DNA from: Alphaproteobacteria bacterium
GTDB taxonomy: Bacteria; Pseudomonadota; Alphaproteobacteria; Caulobacterales; Caulobacteraceae
Assembly (NCBI GenBank): GCA_031415215.1
Contig: JANORH010000251.1
Span: forward strand, 1 to 62,884
Length of the DNA: 62,884 nucleotides
Reading direction: 5' to 3'
Shown here: positions 12,504 through 22,123 of the stretch, piece after piece
Numbering within the stretch: position 1 is the first letter of the stretch
Layout of the letters: every line of letters begins with the position of its first letter
Made by a program: the position numbers and the translations under genes
The notes under the pieces: generated by a model
What the model saw: the letters and a program-made list of their open reading frames with translations, nothing else
Databases searched by the model: none
What the model was told of the DNA's origin: nothing

Positions 12504-12532
12504 TGGCACAGAACAAGCAATCTTGACTTTTT
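12504..12532 (+). promoter_or_regulatory. Conserved operator-like motif TGGCACAGAACAAGCAATCTTGACTTTTT upstream of the TonB receptor
   Basis: Related copies at 15001-15020, 54252-54267 and 56313-56344; CAAG-N4-CTTG dyad. Confidence 0.5.
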
Positions 12533-12634
12533 TTAGATGAATGAGACCTTCTGTCGCTGATGGTCCTGACGTGGTTTGCGAGGGCGCATAGACGCTCCAC
12601 CCACGACCAAAAGGGATTGAAGGGGAGTGACGAG

Positions 12635-14902
12635 ATGAACCACATGGTCCGTGTTCGCGCAGAGTCGCGCCCGATGATGATGGCGCTAGGCGCAGCCGTC
12701 CTCGCTTCTTTTTTCGCCCCGACAGCGGCTGGTGCGCAGACCGCCTCAGTCGGCGCTGCCGTTGAGGTCGAAGAGATCATCGTCTCGGCCCGTCGCCGTA
12801 CAGAATCAATTCAGGATGCGCCGGTTTCGGTCACCGCGATCTCGCCAAATCAGCTGGAAGCGGCGGCTTCGCCGAACATCCAGGATCTTGAAGGGCTGAC
12901 ACCCAACCTGGTAATAGACCCCAACAACGTCACGCCGAACTCGGCATCCATTGCCATCCGCGGCATCAGCTTCGAGGATATAGAGAAATCATTTGACCCT
13001 GCCGTCGGAGTTATACTGGACGGCGTCTATCTTGGAACCAACAACGGCGCGCTACTTAACTTCTTTGACTTCTCCTCAGTTGAAGTCCTGCGTGGGCCGC
13101 AGGGAACTCTGTTCGGTCGAAACACCACCGGCGGCGTCATTAACATCCGGCGTAGTCGACCGACGGGCGAGTTCGGCGGCAAGGTCCGCGTCGCCTTCGG
13201 CAATTTCGGGCGCCAGGACTATCGGGCGGTGCTGAACACGCCGCTGGTCGAGGACAAGCTGGCAGCGAAGCTGTTTTACTTCAGCTCCGACTTCGACGGA
13301 TTCTATCGCAACGTCACCAAGAACCGCCGGACCGGTCGCAGCAAGAGCGAGAGCGTCGGCGTCAGCGTGCTGGCTACCCCTGTCGAGTCTTTTGACCTCC
13401 TGCTCACAGCGGAACATGGCCACGACGGTGGCGAGGTGGTGGTGACGCCCTACAATCGCTCAACCGACCTGATTTGCCTGCAGTTGCCGGTAGGCCCTGG
13501 CGGGTCGCTGGTGAGGGTCACTGGAATTCCTGCGGTCGAGTGCTCGCCCCGCCAACCCAAGGACCTCTACACCGCCTTTTCCAATCAATCCGACGCCACC
13601 AGTCTTTCACGCAACGCCCTGACGGCAGAGGCCAATTGGCGGCTGGGCTGGACGACACTGACGTCAGTGACCGGCTATATCGAGACTGACGAGGACACAA
13701 ACTGGGACGTGGACGCCACATCCATAGACTTTTTCACCACGCAGCGAGTCCAGGACTACTATCAGTTCAGCCAGGAATTCCGCGCGGCGGGCGACTTGTC
13801 CGACAATGTCAACTACGTGGCTGGCCTCTACTATTTCTACTCGGAGTACTCTCTCCAGCAAACAAGCCGCCTCGGCGCCTTTCTTGGCAATGGACGCTCG
13901 ACACAGCTCGCTGATCACAATGCCCAGTCTTACGCCGCCTTCGCCGATGTGGATTGGAAGCTCACAGAGCGCCTGCGACTGTCGTTCGGCGGTCGTTACA
14001 CCTCCGATCACAAGAAGCTGAACAACCGCTTCGTGGGCGGCTTTAACGTTTCCGGCTCCGAGACCTGGAATGAGTTCACCCCGCGCGTTGGAGTGGACTA
14101 TCGCTTCATGGACGATGTGTTGGGGTATGCAAGCTTCACGCGCGGCTATCGTTCAGGCGGATATAACGGCCGGGCCAGCACCGTCCTGTCGTCCATCACC
14201 ACCTACGATCCGGAGAAGGTCGATTCCTACGAGCTGGGGCTGAAGACCAGCGCCTTTGATCGCCGTCTGACATTCAACGTCGCGGCCTTCTACACCAAGT
14301 ACAACGACAAACAGGAAGAGACCGTCATTCCGACCCCGGGCGGTGCCACGGCGCAGGAGACAATCGTGACCAACGCCGCATCAGCGACGATCAAGGGGCT
14401 GGAATTCGAACTGACCGCCGTGCCGGTCGAGAACCTGACTTTTCGCGCGGCGATGGGCCTGCTCGACGCCGAGTATGACCAGTTCCCGTCACGCAGCGCG
14501 GCAGGTCTTCCGATCGACCTCTCGACGCTCACCATGCGCCGAGCTCCCGACGTGACAGGTTCGATCAGCGCCGACTATCGGTTCCAGACCGAGGCGGGTG
14601 ATGTCGTGCTCTCAGGCCAGTATCGCTACATCGACCGGTACCAGACCACCATCTCGCGGGCGCCGGGCGTGATACCCTTCCGGAACGACCCGCGCGGGCT
14701 GACCGATGCTCAGAACAACGTCGAAGCCAGCCTCTCATGGTCAACAACGTTGGCCAACGGAAAGCTCTCGGCGCAGCTCTGGGGTCGTAACCTGCTCAAC
14801 GACAAAGGCCTGTCTTCGGCCTTGCCGGTGGCCGGCCTCTTCACGTTTGGCGGTGTGCGGCCACCACGGACCTACGGCATCGAGATCGGCTATGAGTTCT
14901 AA
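12635..14902 (+). CDS. TonB-dependent outer membrane receptor (1)
   Basis: Signal peptide, TonB box EEIIVSARR, plug motif VEVLRGPQGTLFGRNTTGG, C-terminal RTYGIEIGYEF. Confidence 0.95.
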   Translation: MNHMVRVRAESRPMMMALGAAVLASFFAPTAAGAQTASVGAAVEVEEIIVSARRRTESIQDAPVSVTAISPNQLEAAASPNIQDLEGLTPNLVIDPNNVTPNSASIAIRGISFEDIEKSFDPAVGVILDGVYLGTNNGALLNFFDFSSVEVLRGPQGTLFGRNTTGGVINIRRSRPTGEFGGKVRVAFGNFGRQDYRAVLNTPLVEDKLAAKLFYFSSDFDGFYRNVTKNRRTGRSKSESVGVSVLATPVESFDLLLTAEHGHDGGEVVVTPYNRSTDLICLQLPVGPGGSLVRVTGIPAVECSPRQPKDLYTAFSNQSDATSLSRNALTAEANWRLGWTTLTSVTGYIETDEDTNWDVDATSIDFFTTQRVQDYYQFSQEFRAAGDLSDNVNYVAGLYYFYSEYSLQQTSRLGAFLGNGRSTQLADHNAQSYAAFADVDWKLTERLRLSFGGRYTSDHKKLNNRFVGGFNVSGSETWNEFTPRVGVDYRFMDDVLGYASFTRGYRSGGYNGRASTVLSSITTYDPEKVDSYELGLKTSAFDRRLTFNVAAFYTKYNDKQEETVIPTPGGATAQETIVTNAASATIKGLEFELTAVPVENLTFRAAMGLLDAEYDQFPSRSAAGLPIDLSTLTMRRAPDVTGSISADYRFQTEAGDVVLSGQYRYIDRYQTTISRAPGVIPFRNDPRGLTDAQNNVEASLSWSTTLANGKLSAQLWGRNLLNDKGLSSALPVAGLFTFGGVRPPRTYGIEIGYEF

Positions 14903-15000
14903 GGCGAGATCGCGTGGACTTGACTAGACCTGGCTCTGGCTCGCCGTCGCGGGCGCTGAACCCGGACCTGCTTCATTCGAAAACAGTTCGCCTCGCTGCT

Positions 15001-15020
15001 AACAAGCAGTCTTGACTTTT
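15001..15020 (+). promoter_or_regulatory. Second copy of the operator-like motif AACAAGCAGTCTTGACTTTT
   Basis: 19/20 identical to 12512-12531; upstream of the SDR-SDR-E1a-E1b operon. Confidence 0.5.
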
Positions 15021-15089
15021 ATCTGCCTCGTCCTGATGACTTCGGGTGCGCTGGAACGGCGTCGTCAAAGCCTGAACGCAGGCGGGCGC

Positions 15090-15206
15090 CTAGAGCACGA
15101 CAGCTTGAGGTGGATACCGGTTCAAGCGCCCGTCGTGCTCTAAACATATGAGAACGAGCCTGTTTATCCGTTTCAGATGATCCCATCTGAAACGGACAGG
15201 CTCCAG
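15090..15206 (+). repeat. 117-bp double-hairpin intergenic repeat (CIR/RIME/MITE-like), copy 1
   Basis: CTAGAGCACGAC...GTCGTGCTCTA hairpin, AACATATGAGAAC spacer, TCCGTTTCAGATG-ATCC-CATCTGAAACGGA hairpin; homologous copy at 27883-27999. Confidence 0.85.
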
Positions 15207-15228
15207 GAGCCTGGGAGTGCGTCCGACG

Positions 15229-15798
15229 ATGGAGAGGCCAGTCAATCCTCGTCTCTCGGCCAGGTTGATCGGTGACCATGGCGCGTTGGCCAATGCCATT
15301 GGCCTGGCCCTTGCGGCAGACGACGTACGACTTATCGACTATCCCGCGAACGAGGACCCGGATGGATTTGATGTCTTGGTCTTTATTGCGCCCGACGCGC
15401 CCGCCGACACCATCGCTTCGACCCCGGTCTCCGACTTCTCCAAACAGGTCGGAGCCTGTCTGAGCGCTGCGTTCATGGCGCTTCAGAGCGGCGCGGCGTC
15501 GATTCGCGTCAAAGGGGCCGGAGGCTCGATCGTGTTCGTCGCGCCACCGGCCGGCAGTCGCCGTGCGTTCGACGCAGTGACGCAGGGCCTGCGGCTCATG
15601 GCCAAGGCCGCCGCCCTGGAACTGGGTCCTGAAAAGATACGCGTCAATATCGTGCTGCCAGGAAGCGGCGAGTCCCCACTCGGTCGATCATGTATGCCGG
15701 CTGACATAGCCCAGGTCGTAGCCTTTGCCGCAGCCCCGAGATCACAGTTCATGACCGGCGCCGACCTCGTCGTCGACGGCGGGACGCTGGCGCGATGA
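15229..15798 (+). CDS. Degenerate/short SDR-like protein
   Basis: SDR C-terminal half (AAALELGPEKIRVNIVLPG, FMTGADLVVDGG) but no canonical TGxxxGxG or YxxxK. Confidence 0.7.
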   Translation: MERPVNPRLSARLIGDHGALANAIGLALAADDVRLIDYPANEDPDGFDVLVFIAPDAPADTIASTPVSDFSKQVGACLSAAFMALQSGAASIRVKGAGGSIVFVAPPAGSRRAFDAVTQGLRLMAKAAALELGPEKIRVNIVLPGSGESPLGRSCMPADIAQVVAFAAAPRSQFMTGADLVVDGGTLAR

Positions 15799-16562
15799 GT
15801 GGGCGTCTGCAAGATCGTGTGGTGATCGTAACCGGTGCCACCAAAGGCATCGGTCGCGAAACGGCGAAACTGCTGGCCCGCGAAGGCGCGAAGGTCGCCT
15901 GCACCGGGAGGAACGCCGGCGACGGTGCCAGCGTCGTCGCCGAGATCGTCTCGGAAGGCGGTCGTGCGATCTTCGTTGCGCATGACATCTCCAGTGAGGG
16001 CGACTGGCGAACAGTCGTCGCACGTACGGAAAGCGAGTTGGGCGGCGTCTATGGCGTGGTCAACAATGCAGGTGCCTTTTTTGTGAAGCCGCTGGCCGAG
16101 ACCACAGAAGCGGATTTCCAAAGCATCTATGACGTCAACGTCCAGGGTGCCTTTCTCGGCATAAAGCTCGGTTTCGACGCCATTGCGCGAACCGGTGCGC
16201 CCGGCGCAATCGTCAACGTTTCGTCGCTGATGGGTCAGGTGGGATTTCCCGGAGCCATCGCCTATTGCGCCACCAAGGGTGCCGTCACCGGCTTGACCAA
16301 GACAGCCGCCATTGAAGGCGCAGCCATGCGACCGCAGGTAAGGGTCAACTCACTGCATCCTGGCGTGATCTGGACACCAATGATCACCAGCCAGTTCGGC
16401 GACGATCCGGCGCTGGCCCAGGCCTTCGCTGACGACACGCCCTTGAAGATGATCGGCCTGCCGAAATACATGGCCGACGCGATACTCTTTTTGGTCAGCG
16501 ACGACGCCGCCATGGTCACCGGTGCCGAGTTGACAGTTGACGGTGGACGAGGAGCCGACTGA
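15795..16562 (+). CDS. SDR family oxidoreductase
   Basis: TGATKGIG, VNNAG, YCATK, RVNSLHPG, VDGG. Confidence 0.92.
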   Translation: MSGRLQDRVVIVTGATKGIGRETAKLLAREGAKVACTGRNAGDGASVVAEIVSEGGRAIFVAHDISSEGDWRTVVARTESELGGVYGVVNNAGAFFVKPLAETTEADFQSIYDVNVQGAFLGIKLGFDAIARTGAPGAIVNVSSLMGQVGFPGAIAYCATKGAVTGLTKTAAIEGAAMRPQVRVNSLHPGVIWTPMITSQFGDDPALAQAFADDTPLKMIGLPKYMADAILFLVSDDAAMVTGAELTVDGGRGAD

Positions 16563-16583
16563 CGCCATGGAAGGACACAAGAC

Positions 16584-17549
16584 ATGCAATTGAGCCGCGA
16601 CGATCTCAAACGCGCCTATCGCACGATGTTCACCATCCGCGCCTTCGAGGAGCGGGTGGACAAGGAGTTTGCCCTCGGCAACATCCCGGGTTTCGCCCAT
16701 GTCTATCTGGGTCAGGAAGCTTCCGGTGTCGGCGTCTGTTTCGACCTTTCAGACGAAGACCAGATCGGCTCGACCCACCGCGGTCACGGACACTGCATCG
16801 CCAAGGGCTGCGACGTGAAGGGCATGATGCTGGAAATCATGGGCAAGGCTGGTGGCCTCTGCGGCGGCAAGGGCGGCTCGATGCATATCGCCGACATGTC
16901 CAAGGGCATGTTGGGCGCCAACGCCATCGTCGGCGGCTCACCGCCTATCGCGGTAGGCGCGGCTCTGACCCAGAAACTGCTGAAGACCGGCAAGGTCGCG
17001 GTGGCGTTCTCGGGCGATGGCGCGTCAAACCAGGGCACAACCTTCGAAGCCCTGAACATGGCCGTGGTGTTGGGTGTGCCCGCCATCTTCGCCTTCGAGA
17101 ACAACGGCTATGGCGAACATACTGCGGCCAGCTACGCGGTCGGCGCGCCATCAATAGCCGAGCGGGCCAAGAGCTTCGGGATGCCGGCCGAGGTGGTCGA
17201 CGGTTCGGACTTTTTCGCGGTTCACGAAGCCATGGGCCGGGCGCTCGAACGGGGGCGAGCGGGCGAAGGCCCCTATGCTCTGGAGATTGTCTGCTCGCGC
17301 TTCCTCGGCCACTTCGTGGGCGACCCGCAGGCCTATCGTCTGCCCGAAGAGCTGGCGCAGGCCCGGGCCAACGATCCGCTGACCCGCTTCCGCACCAAGG
17401 TGACAGGGGCAAGTCTTCTGGACGACGCCGAACTGAACGCCATCGACACCGAGGTACTGGCCGAAATCGAGGAGGCAGTGGCGGTGGCCATGGCCGCCCC
17501 ACGGCCGGACCTGTCGACCCTAGAACACGACGTCTACGTCAGGTATTGA
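16584..17549 (+). CDS. acoA: TPP-dependent dehydrogenase E1 alpha subunit (acetoin dehydrogenase AcoA-like)
   Basis: IPGFAHVYLGQEA, STHRGHGHCIAKG, GKGGSMH, GDGA..ENNGY TPP motif, GHFVGDPQAY. Confidence 0.85.
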   Translation: MQLSRDDLKRAYRTMFTIRAFEERVDKEFALGNIPGFAHVYLGQEASGVGVCFDLSDEDQIGSTHRGHGHCIAKGCDVKGMMLEIMGKAGGLCGGKGGSMHIADMSKGMLGANAIVGGSPPIAVGAALTQKLLKTGKVAVAFSGDGASNQGTTFEALNMAVVLGVPAIFAFENNGYGEHTAASYAVGAPSIAERAKSFGMPAEVVDGSDFFAVHEAMGRALERGRAGEGPYALEIVCSRFLGHFVGDPQAYRLPEELAQARANDPLTRFRTKVTGASLLDDAELNAIDTEVLAEIEEAVAVAMAAPRPDLSTLEHDVYVRY

Positions 17550-17551
17550 AC

Positions 17552-18562
17552 ATGGCTCGCAAATCATATCGTCAAGCAATCAACGAAGCGCTCCGCCAGG
17601 AGATGCGGCGCGATTCCAAGGTCATCATCATCGGCGAGGATGTCGCCGGTGGTCAGGGCGCATCGGGAGAGACGGGCGGCGTCGGCGGCGTGTTCGGCGT
17701 CACCGGCGGTCTCTACAAGGAGTTCGGGCCGGAGCGGGTGCTGGACACCCCGATCAGCGAGAGCGCGATCATTGGCGCGGCCTCCGGCGCGGCGCTGACC
17801 GGCCTGCGCCCCGTGGCCGAGATCATGTTCGTCGATTTCGTCGGCGTGTGCTTCGATCAGATTTACAATCAGGCCGCCAAGTTCCGCTACATGTTCGGCG
17901 GCAAGGCCAAGACGCCAATGGTCATTCGCACCATGATCGGCGCGGGCTTCCGCGCCGGCGCGCAGCACAGCCAGACGCTGCATCCGCTCTTCACCATGGT
18001 GCCCGGCCTCAAGGTGGTCATGCCTTCGAACGCCTATGATGCAAAAGGCCTGCTGATCAACGCCATACGCGACGATGATCCGGTGATATTCATGGAATCC
18101 AAGGTGCTCTACGACACTGAGATGGAGGTTCCCGACGAGGCCTACCGGATCGCCTTTGGCGAGGCTAATGTCGTCCGCGAAGGTAAGGATCTGACGTTCG
18201 TCGCCTTTGGTCCCATGGTCCAGCGCGCCCTGGCGGTTGCGGAAATCTTGGCCAAGGACGGCGTGTCAGTGGAGGTGATCGACCCCAGAACCACGTCGCC
18301 ACTCGACGAGGACACCATTCTGGAAAGCATCGCAAAGACCGGACGCCTGGTGGTCATCGACGAAAGTCCACCCCGCTGCTCGCTGGCCGCCGACGTCGCC
18401 GGAATGGTTGCCAGCAAGGGATTCCGCAGCCTGAAGGCACCAGTTGGACAGGTGACCTGCCCGCATACGCCGGTCCCCTTCGCCCCCAATCTGGAAGACG
18501 AGTTTATCCCCAATCCGCGGCGTATCGAAGAGGCGGCGCGCGCGGCGCTCGCCTGGCGCTGA
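17552..18562 (+). CDS. acoB: TPP-dependent dehydrogenase E1 beta subunit (AcoB-like)
   Basis: GEDV, DTPISE, AEIMFVDF, NQAAKFRYMFGG, AQHSQ, PHTPVPF. Confidence 0.85.
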   Translation: MARKSYRQAINEALRQEMRRDSKVIIIGEDVAGGQGASGETGGVGGVFGVTGGLYKEFGPERVLDTPISESAIIGAASGAALTGLRPVAEIMFVDFVGVCFDQIYNQAAKFRYMFGGKAKTPMVIRTMIGAGFRAGAQHSQTLHPLFTMVPGLKVVMPSNAYDAKGLLINAIRDDDPVIFMESKVLYDTEMEVPDEAYRIAFGEANVVREGKDLTFVAFGPMVQRALAVAEILAKDGVSVEVIDPRTTSPLDEDTILESIAKTGRLVVIDESPPRCSLAADVAGMVASKGFRSLKAPVGQVTCPHTPVPFAPNLEDEFIPNPRRIEEAARAALAWR

Positions 18563-18581
18563 TCTTAACCAAGGAGCGATC

Positions 18582-19592
18582 ATGACCACCAGCCGCCAGT
18601 GGCTGATCAATGGGCGACCGAATGGCCGCGCGCTGGTCCAGGATGACTTCAAGTGGGTGGAGACCGAACTCGGCGCGCCGGGCGATGGCGAAGTCTTGCT
18701 GCGGACCCTCTATCTGGCGTTTGACCCAGCGCAGAAGGGCTGGATGGAGAACATCGGCGGATATGCCGCGCCTACGGAGATCGGCGACGTCATGCGCGGC
18801 TCAGGTCTCGCTGAGGTGGTGCGGTCGAACAGTCCTCTGTTGCACCAGGGCGACAAGGTCACAGGCCAGCTGGGTTGGCGCGACTTCGCCATCATGCCCG
18901 CCAAGGACCTGCTGAAACTGCCTGACGACGGCCCGGCGACCGCTCACCTCGGCGTCCTGGGCACCACGGGCCTGACCGCCCTCTTCGGACTGCAGCGGAT
19001 CGGCAAGCCGTTTCCCGGCGACACGGTGGTCGTCACCGGTGCCGCCGGCGCCACGGGGTCGGTGGTCGGCCAGATCGCCAAGATCGGCGGCTGCAAGGTG
19101 ATCGGGGTCGCCGGCGGAGCGGAGAAGTGTCGCTGGCTGGTGGACGAACTCGGGTTCGACGCGGCGGTGGACTACAAGGCCGGCGACATCCGCAGACAGG
19201 TTCGCGAGCACGCCAAAGGCGGCATCGACGTGCTTTGGGACAACGTGGGCGGGCCGATCCTTAACGATCTGATGGGCGAAATCGCCCTGCACGCCCGCGT
19301 CGTCATTTGCGGCGGTATCAGTCGCTATCAGTTGGGGCAGATGCCGGCCGGGCCGGAAAACTACTTCAACCTGGTGTTCAAGCGCGCCACCATGGAGGGC
19401 TTCATCCTCACCGATTTCATGGGTGAGTTTCCGTGGGCACGGCGACGAATCTCTGATTGGATCCGCGACGGGCGTCTGAAGTTCAAGGAAGACATCCAGG
19501 TCGGCCTTGAGAATGCCCCCCAGACCCTGATGCGTCTCTTCGAAGGGGCCAATTTCGGCAAGCAACTGCTCAAGGTCGCGGACGGGAACTGA
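18582..19592 (+). CDS. NADP-dependent oxidoreductase (MDR/CurA-like)
   Basis: GLTA, VTGAAGATGS, DNVGG, CGGISRY, GANFGK; AAGGAG RBS. Confidence 0.9.
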   Translation: MTTSRQWLINGRPNGRALVQDDFKWVETELGAPGDGEVLLRTLYLAFDPAQKGWMENIGGYAAPTEIGDVMRGSGLAEVVRSNSPLLHQGDKVTGQLGWRDFAIMPAKDLLKLPDDGPATAHLGVLGTTGLTALFGLQRIGKPFPGDTVVVTGAAGATGSVVGQIAKIGGCKVIGVAGGAEKCRWLVDELGFDAAVDYKAGDIRRQVREHAKGGIDVLWDNVGGPILNDLMGEIALHARVVICGGISRYQLGQMPAGPENYFNLVFKRATMEGFILTDFMGEFPWARRRISDWIRDGRLKFKEDIQVGLENAPQTLMRLFEGANFGKQLLKVADGN

Positions 19593-19595
19593 CCG

Positions 19596-20450
19596 TTGCC
19601 GATCATCCGATACGACGAGCCTTTGCGCGTCCTGGTCTCGGTCAAGGGCCACCCGTTTGACCGCAATGCATTTGCCTCGGTGTTCGAGGACATGGAGGGC
19701 GTCCAGGCCAGCTTCGTCGATCAACCGGCGGCCGGGCGGATGATGAACCCTGCGGCCATGGAAGGGTTCGACGCGCTGGTGCTCTATGACATGCCGGGCA
19801 TCGACTTCCGCGTAGCCGGCGACAAGCCTGGAACCGTGGAACCCGAGGCCTCGGTCAAGACAGGCCTTGAAGCCCTTCTCACCCAAGGCAAGGGCGTCGT
19901 CGCCTTGCATCACGCGATCGCCGGTTGGCCCGACTGGCCGGAGTATGCGGACTGGCTGGGTGGTCGGTTTCTCTACACGCCCGGCCTTGTGCGTGGCCGG
20001 ATTTGCCCGGATTCCGGATATCGGCACGATGTGGCTTACGAGGCCGAAGCCGCCGATCCAGCGCACCCGGTCCTCGATGGGATTCCACAAACCTTCCCGT
20101 TGAAGGACGAACTCTACCTCTACCAGGTGTTCGAGGCCGAAGTGCAGCCCCTGCTGCGGGCCCGCCAAGCCTTCGTTCAAGACGGCTTCTATTCGGCACA
20201 CCGCGCGGTTGCCAAAGGCGAGATGTTCTCCAACGCCGGGTGGAAACACCCGGTCGGCTCGAACCTGATCGGTTGGACCAAGCGAGCGCTGAACAGCCCC
20301 TTGGTCTATCTTCAGCCCGGAGACGGCCCGCAGACCTACGCCGACTCCAATTTCCGCCGGATCGTACGCAATGCGATTGCGTGGGTCGCGTCCGATGCGG
20401 CGCACCTCTGGGCGAAAGGCGCGTCGTCGCAGGCGGCGCGGCAAGCATAG
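19596..20450 (+). CDS. ThuA-domain protein (class I glutamine amidotransferase-like fold), copy 1
   Basis: KGHPFD, GKGVVALHHA, HPVLDG..F..DELY, QPGDG, NAIAWVA; TTG start uncertain. Confidence 0.78.
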   Translation: MPIIRYDEPLRVLVSVKGHPFDRNAFASVFEDMEGVQASFVDQPAAGRMMNPAAMEGFDALVLYDMPGIDFRVAGDKPGTVEPEASVKTGLEALLTQGKGVVALHHAIAGWPDWPEYADWLGGRFLYTPGLVRGRICPDSGYRHDVAYEAEAADPAHPVLDGIPQTFPLKDELYLYQVFEAEVQPLLRARQAFVQDGFYSAHRAVAKGEMFSNAGWKHPVGSNLIGWTKRALNSPLVYLQPGDGPQTYADSNFRRIVRNAIAWVASDAAHLWAKGASSQAARQA

Positions 20451-20518
20451 AAACGGACTGATCCGTTTGAAAAAAACACGGGTGACTTTTTTATTCGGTG
20501 CCGTATGGTTTTGTACCG
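20451..20518. promoter_or_regulatory. AT-rich intergenic segment with dyads (AAACGGA-N4-TCCGTTT; TCGGTGC-N11-GTACCGA)
   Basis: Inverted repeats read directly, upstream of the DUF35-thiolase-Rieske operon. Confidence 0.35.
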
Positions 20519-20549
20519 ATGCGCCCGAGAGCGCGGGGAGGATTGACGT

Positions 20550-20960
20550 ATGAGCCAGGTCGTCGCCGAAGGTGTCTTCGTTGAGCGTGAGGGCGGACCC
20601 CGGATGGTCGCAGGCCGGCGCAAGGCCGATGGCGAAGTGCGTTTCCCTATGCCCACGGGTCCCGAGGCCGCGCAGTACGACGCGATTGAAGTCACCGGCG
20701 AGGGCCGCCTTTGGTCGTACACGATGCAGAGGTTTCGCCCAAAGACACCGCCCTATATCGGCGCCGACGACGAGAAGACCTTCAAGCCCTTTGCCCTTGG
20801 CTATGTGGAGTTTCCCGGCCAGGTGATCATCGAGGGGCGCATCCTTGTGGATGACGTTTCAACCCTCAAGATCGGTCAGCCGATGCGCGTGGCAATTGAG
20901 ACGTTCGCGACGTCTAGCCGCGGCGAACTGAGAACCTACGCCTTTGAACCGACGACCTGA
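20550..20960 (+). CDS. DUF35-type OB-fold acyl-CoA-binding protein lacking Zn-ribbon cysteines
   Basis: GEGRLWSYT..PPY..PFALGYVE..LKIGQPMRV; directly upstream of a thiolase. Confidence 0.82.
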   Translation: MSQVVAEGVFVEREGGPRMVAGRRKADGEVRFPMPTGPEAAQYDAIEVTGEGRLWSYTMQRFRPKTPPYIGADDEKTFKPFALGYVEFPGQVIIEGRILVDDVSTLKIGQPMRVAIETFATSSRGELRTYAFEPTT

Positions 20961-20978
20961 AACGAGGAACCTGCGGAC

Positions 20979-22121
20979 ATGACCCAAGTTCATATTATTG
21001 GCGCTGGAATCCATCCGTTCGGACGCCATGACGACAAGACCGGACTTGATCAGGGCGTCTTTGCAGTGCGCGAGGCCCTGGCCGACGCTGGTCTCGAGTG
21101 GTCAGACATTGAGTTCGCCTTCGGTGGATCTTCCGCGGCAGGCAGCGCCGACGCCGCCCTGCCACGCCTGGGCCTGACCGGTGTGCAGTTCATCAACATC
21201 TCCAATGGCTGCGCCACAGGCGGTTCCTCGCTCTTGTCCGGCTACTGGGCGATCAAGTCGGGCGAGTTCGATCTGGGCGTCGTGATCGGCTTCGACAAAC
21301 ACCCGAGAGGCGCCTTCAACGCCGACCCGGAGGCTTTGGGCCTGCCGCGCTGGTACGGCGAAACCGGCATGATGCTGACCACCCAGTTCTTCGCCATGAA
21401 AATCCGCCGGTACATGGAGCTTCATGGCATCAGCGATACGACACTGGGGCGGGTTGCCGTGAAGGCCTACGAGAACGGAACCGTCACGCCCCACGCCTGG
21501 CGTCGATCCCCGGTTGATCTGGAAACAATTATGGGCAGCCAGATGCTGTCTGATCCGTTGACCAAGTTCATGTTCTGCTCGCCGGCTGAAGGCGGCGTGG
21601 CGCTGGTGCTCGCATCAGAAAAGAAGATGCGGGAGCTTGGCCTCTCCGGGCCCCGGGTTCGCGGTGCGGCGGTCCGTACCCGTCCCCGTGGATCCTTCGA
21701 AGTGTTCGCGCCATCCCTGGACGTCGAACGGGGCGTCTCGCCGACAGAGCTGGCATCGAAGGCCGCTTATGAAATGGCCGGCGTCGGCGCGAGCGATATC
21801 GATGTCGCGCAGATCCAGGATACGGAATCGGGTGCCGAGATCATGCACATGGCGGAAAATGGTTTCTGCGCCGATGGCGAGCAGGAAGGATGGCTCGCCG
21901 AGGGTGCCACCCGGCTTTCAGGCAAGCTTCCCATCAACACCGACGGCGGTTGTCTGGCCTGTGGCGAGCCGGTAGGCGCGTCAGGCTTGCGGCAGGTTTA
22001 CGAGAACGTCCAACAACTTCGTGGACGTGCCGAGGGTCGACAGGTTGACGGGGCGCGACTGGCCTACAGTCAAGTCTATGGCGCGCCGGGTCTTTCCGCC
22101 GTCGCAATTCTGGAGGCCTGA
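20979..22121 (+). CDS. SCP-x/Ltp-type thiolase family protein
   Basis: GAGIHPFGR, NGCATGGS, CSPAEG, INTDGGCLACGEPVGASG, VYGAPG. Confidence 0.88.
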   Translation: MTQVHIIGAGIHPFGRHDDKTGLDQGVFAVREALADAGLEWSDIEFAFGGSSAAGSADAALPRLGLTGVQFINISNGCATGGSSLLSGYWAIKSGEFDLGVVIGFDKHPRGAFNADPEALGLPRWYGETGMMLTTQFFAMKIRRYMELHGISDTTLGRVAVKAYENGTVTPHAWRRSPVDLETIMGSQMLSDPLTKFMFCSPAEGGVALVLASEKKMRELGLSGPRVRGAAVRTRPRGSFEVFAPSLDVERGVSPTELASKAAYEMAGVGASDIDVAQIQDTESGAEIMHMAENGFCADGEQEGWLAEGATRLSGKLPINTDGGCLACGEPVGASGLRQVYENVQQLRGRAEGRQVDGARLAYSQVYGAPGLSAVAILEA

Positions 22122-22123
22122 TC

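Noticed and set aside
12504-12519. Possible sigma-54 promoter TGGCAC-N-AAGC (GG-N10-GC spacing)
   Set aside because: The -12 element is AAGC rather than TTGC, no enhancer-binding protein is in the window, and the site is better explained by the shared operator motif
18801-20444. 547-aa minus-strand ORF
   Set aside because: Antisense shadow of the MDR and ThuA genes; no recognisable motifs; typical of high-GC codon bias
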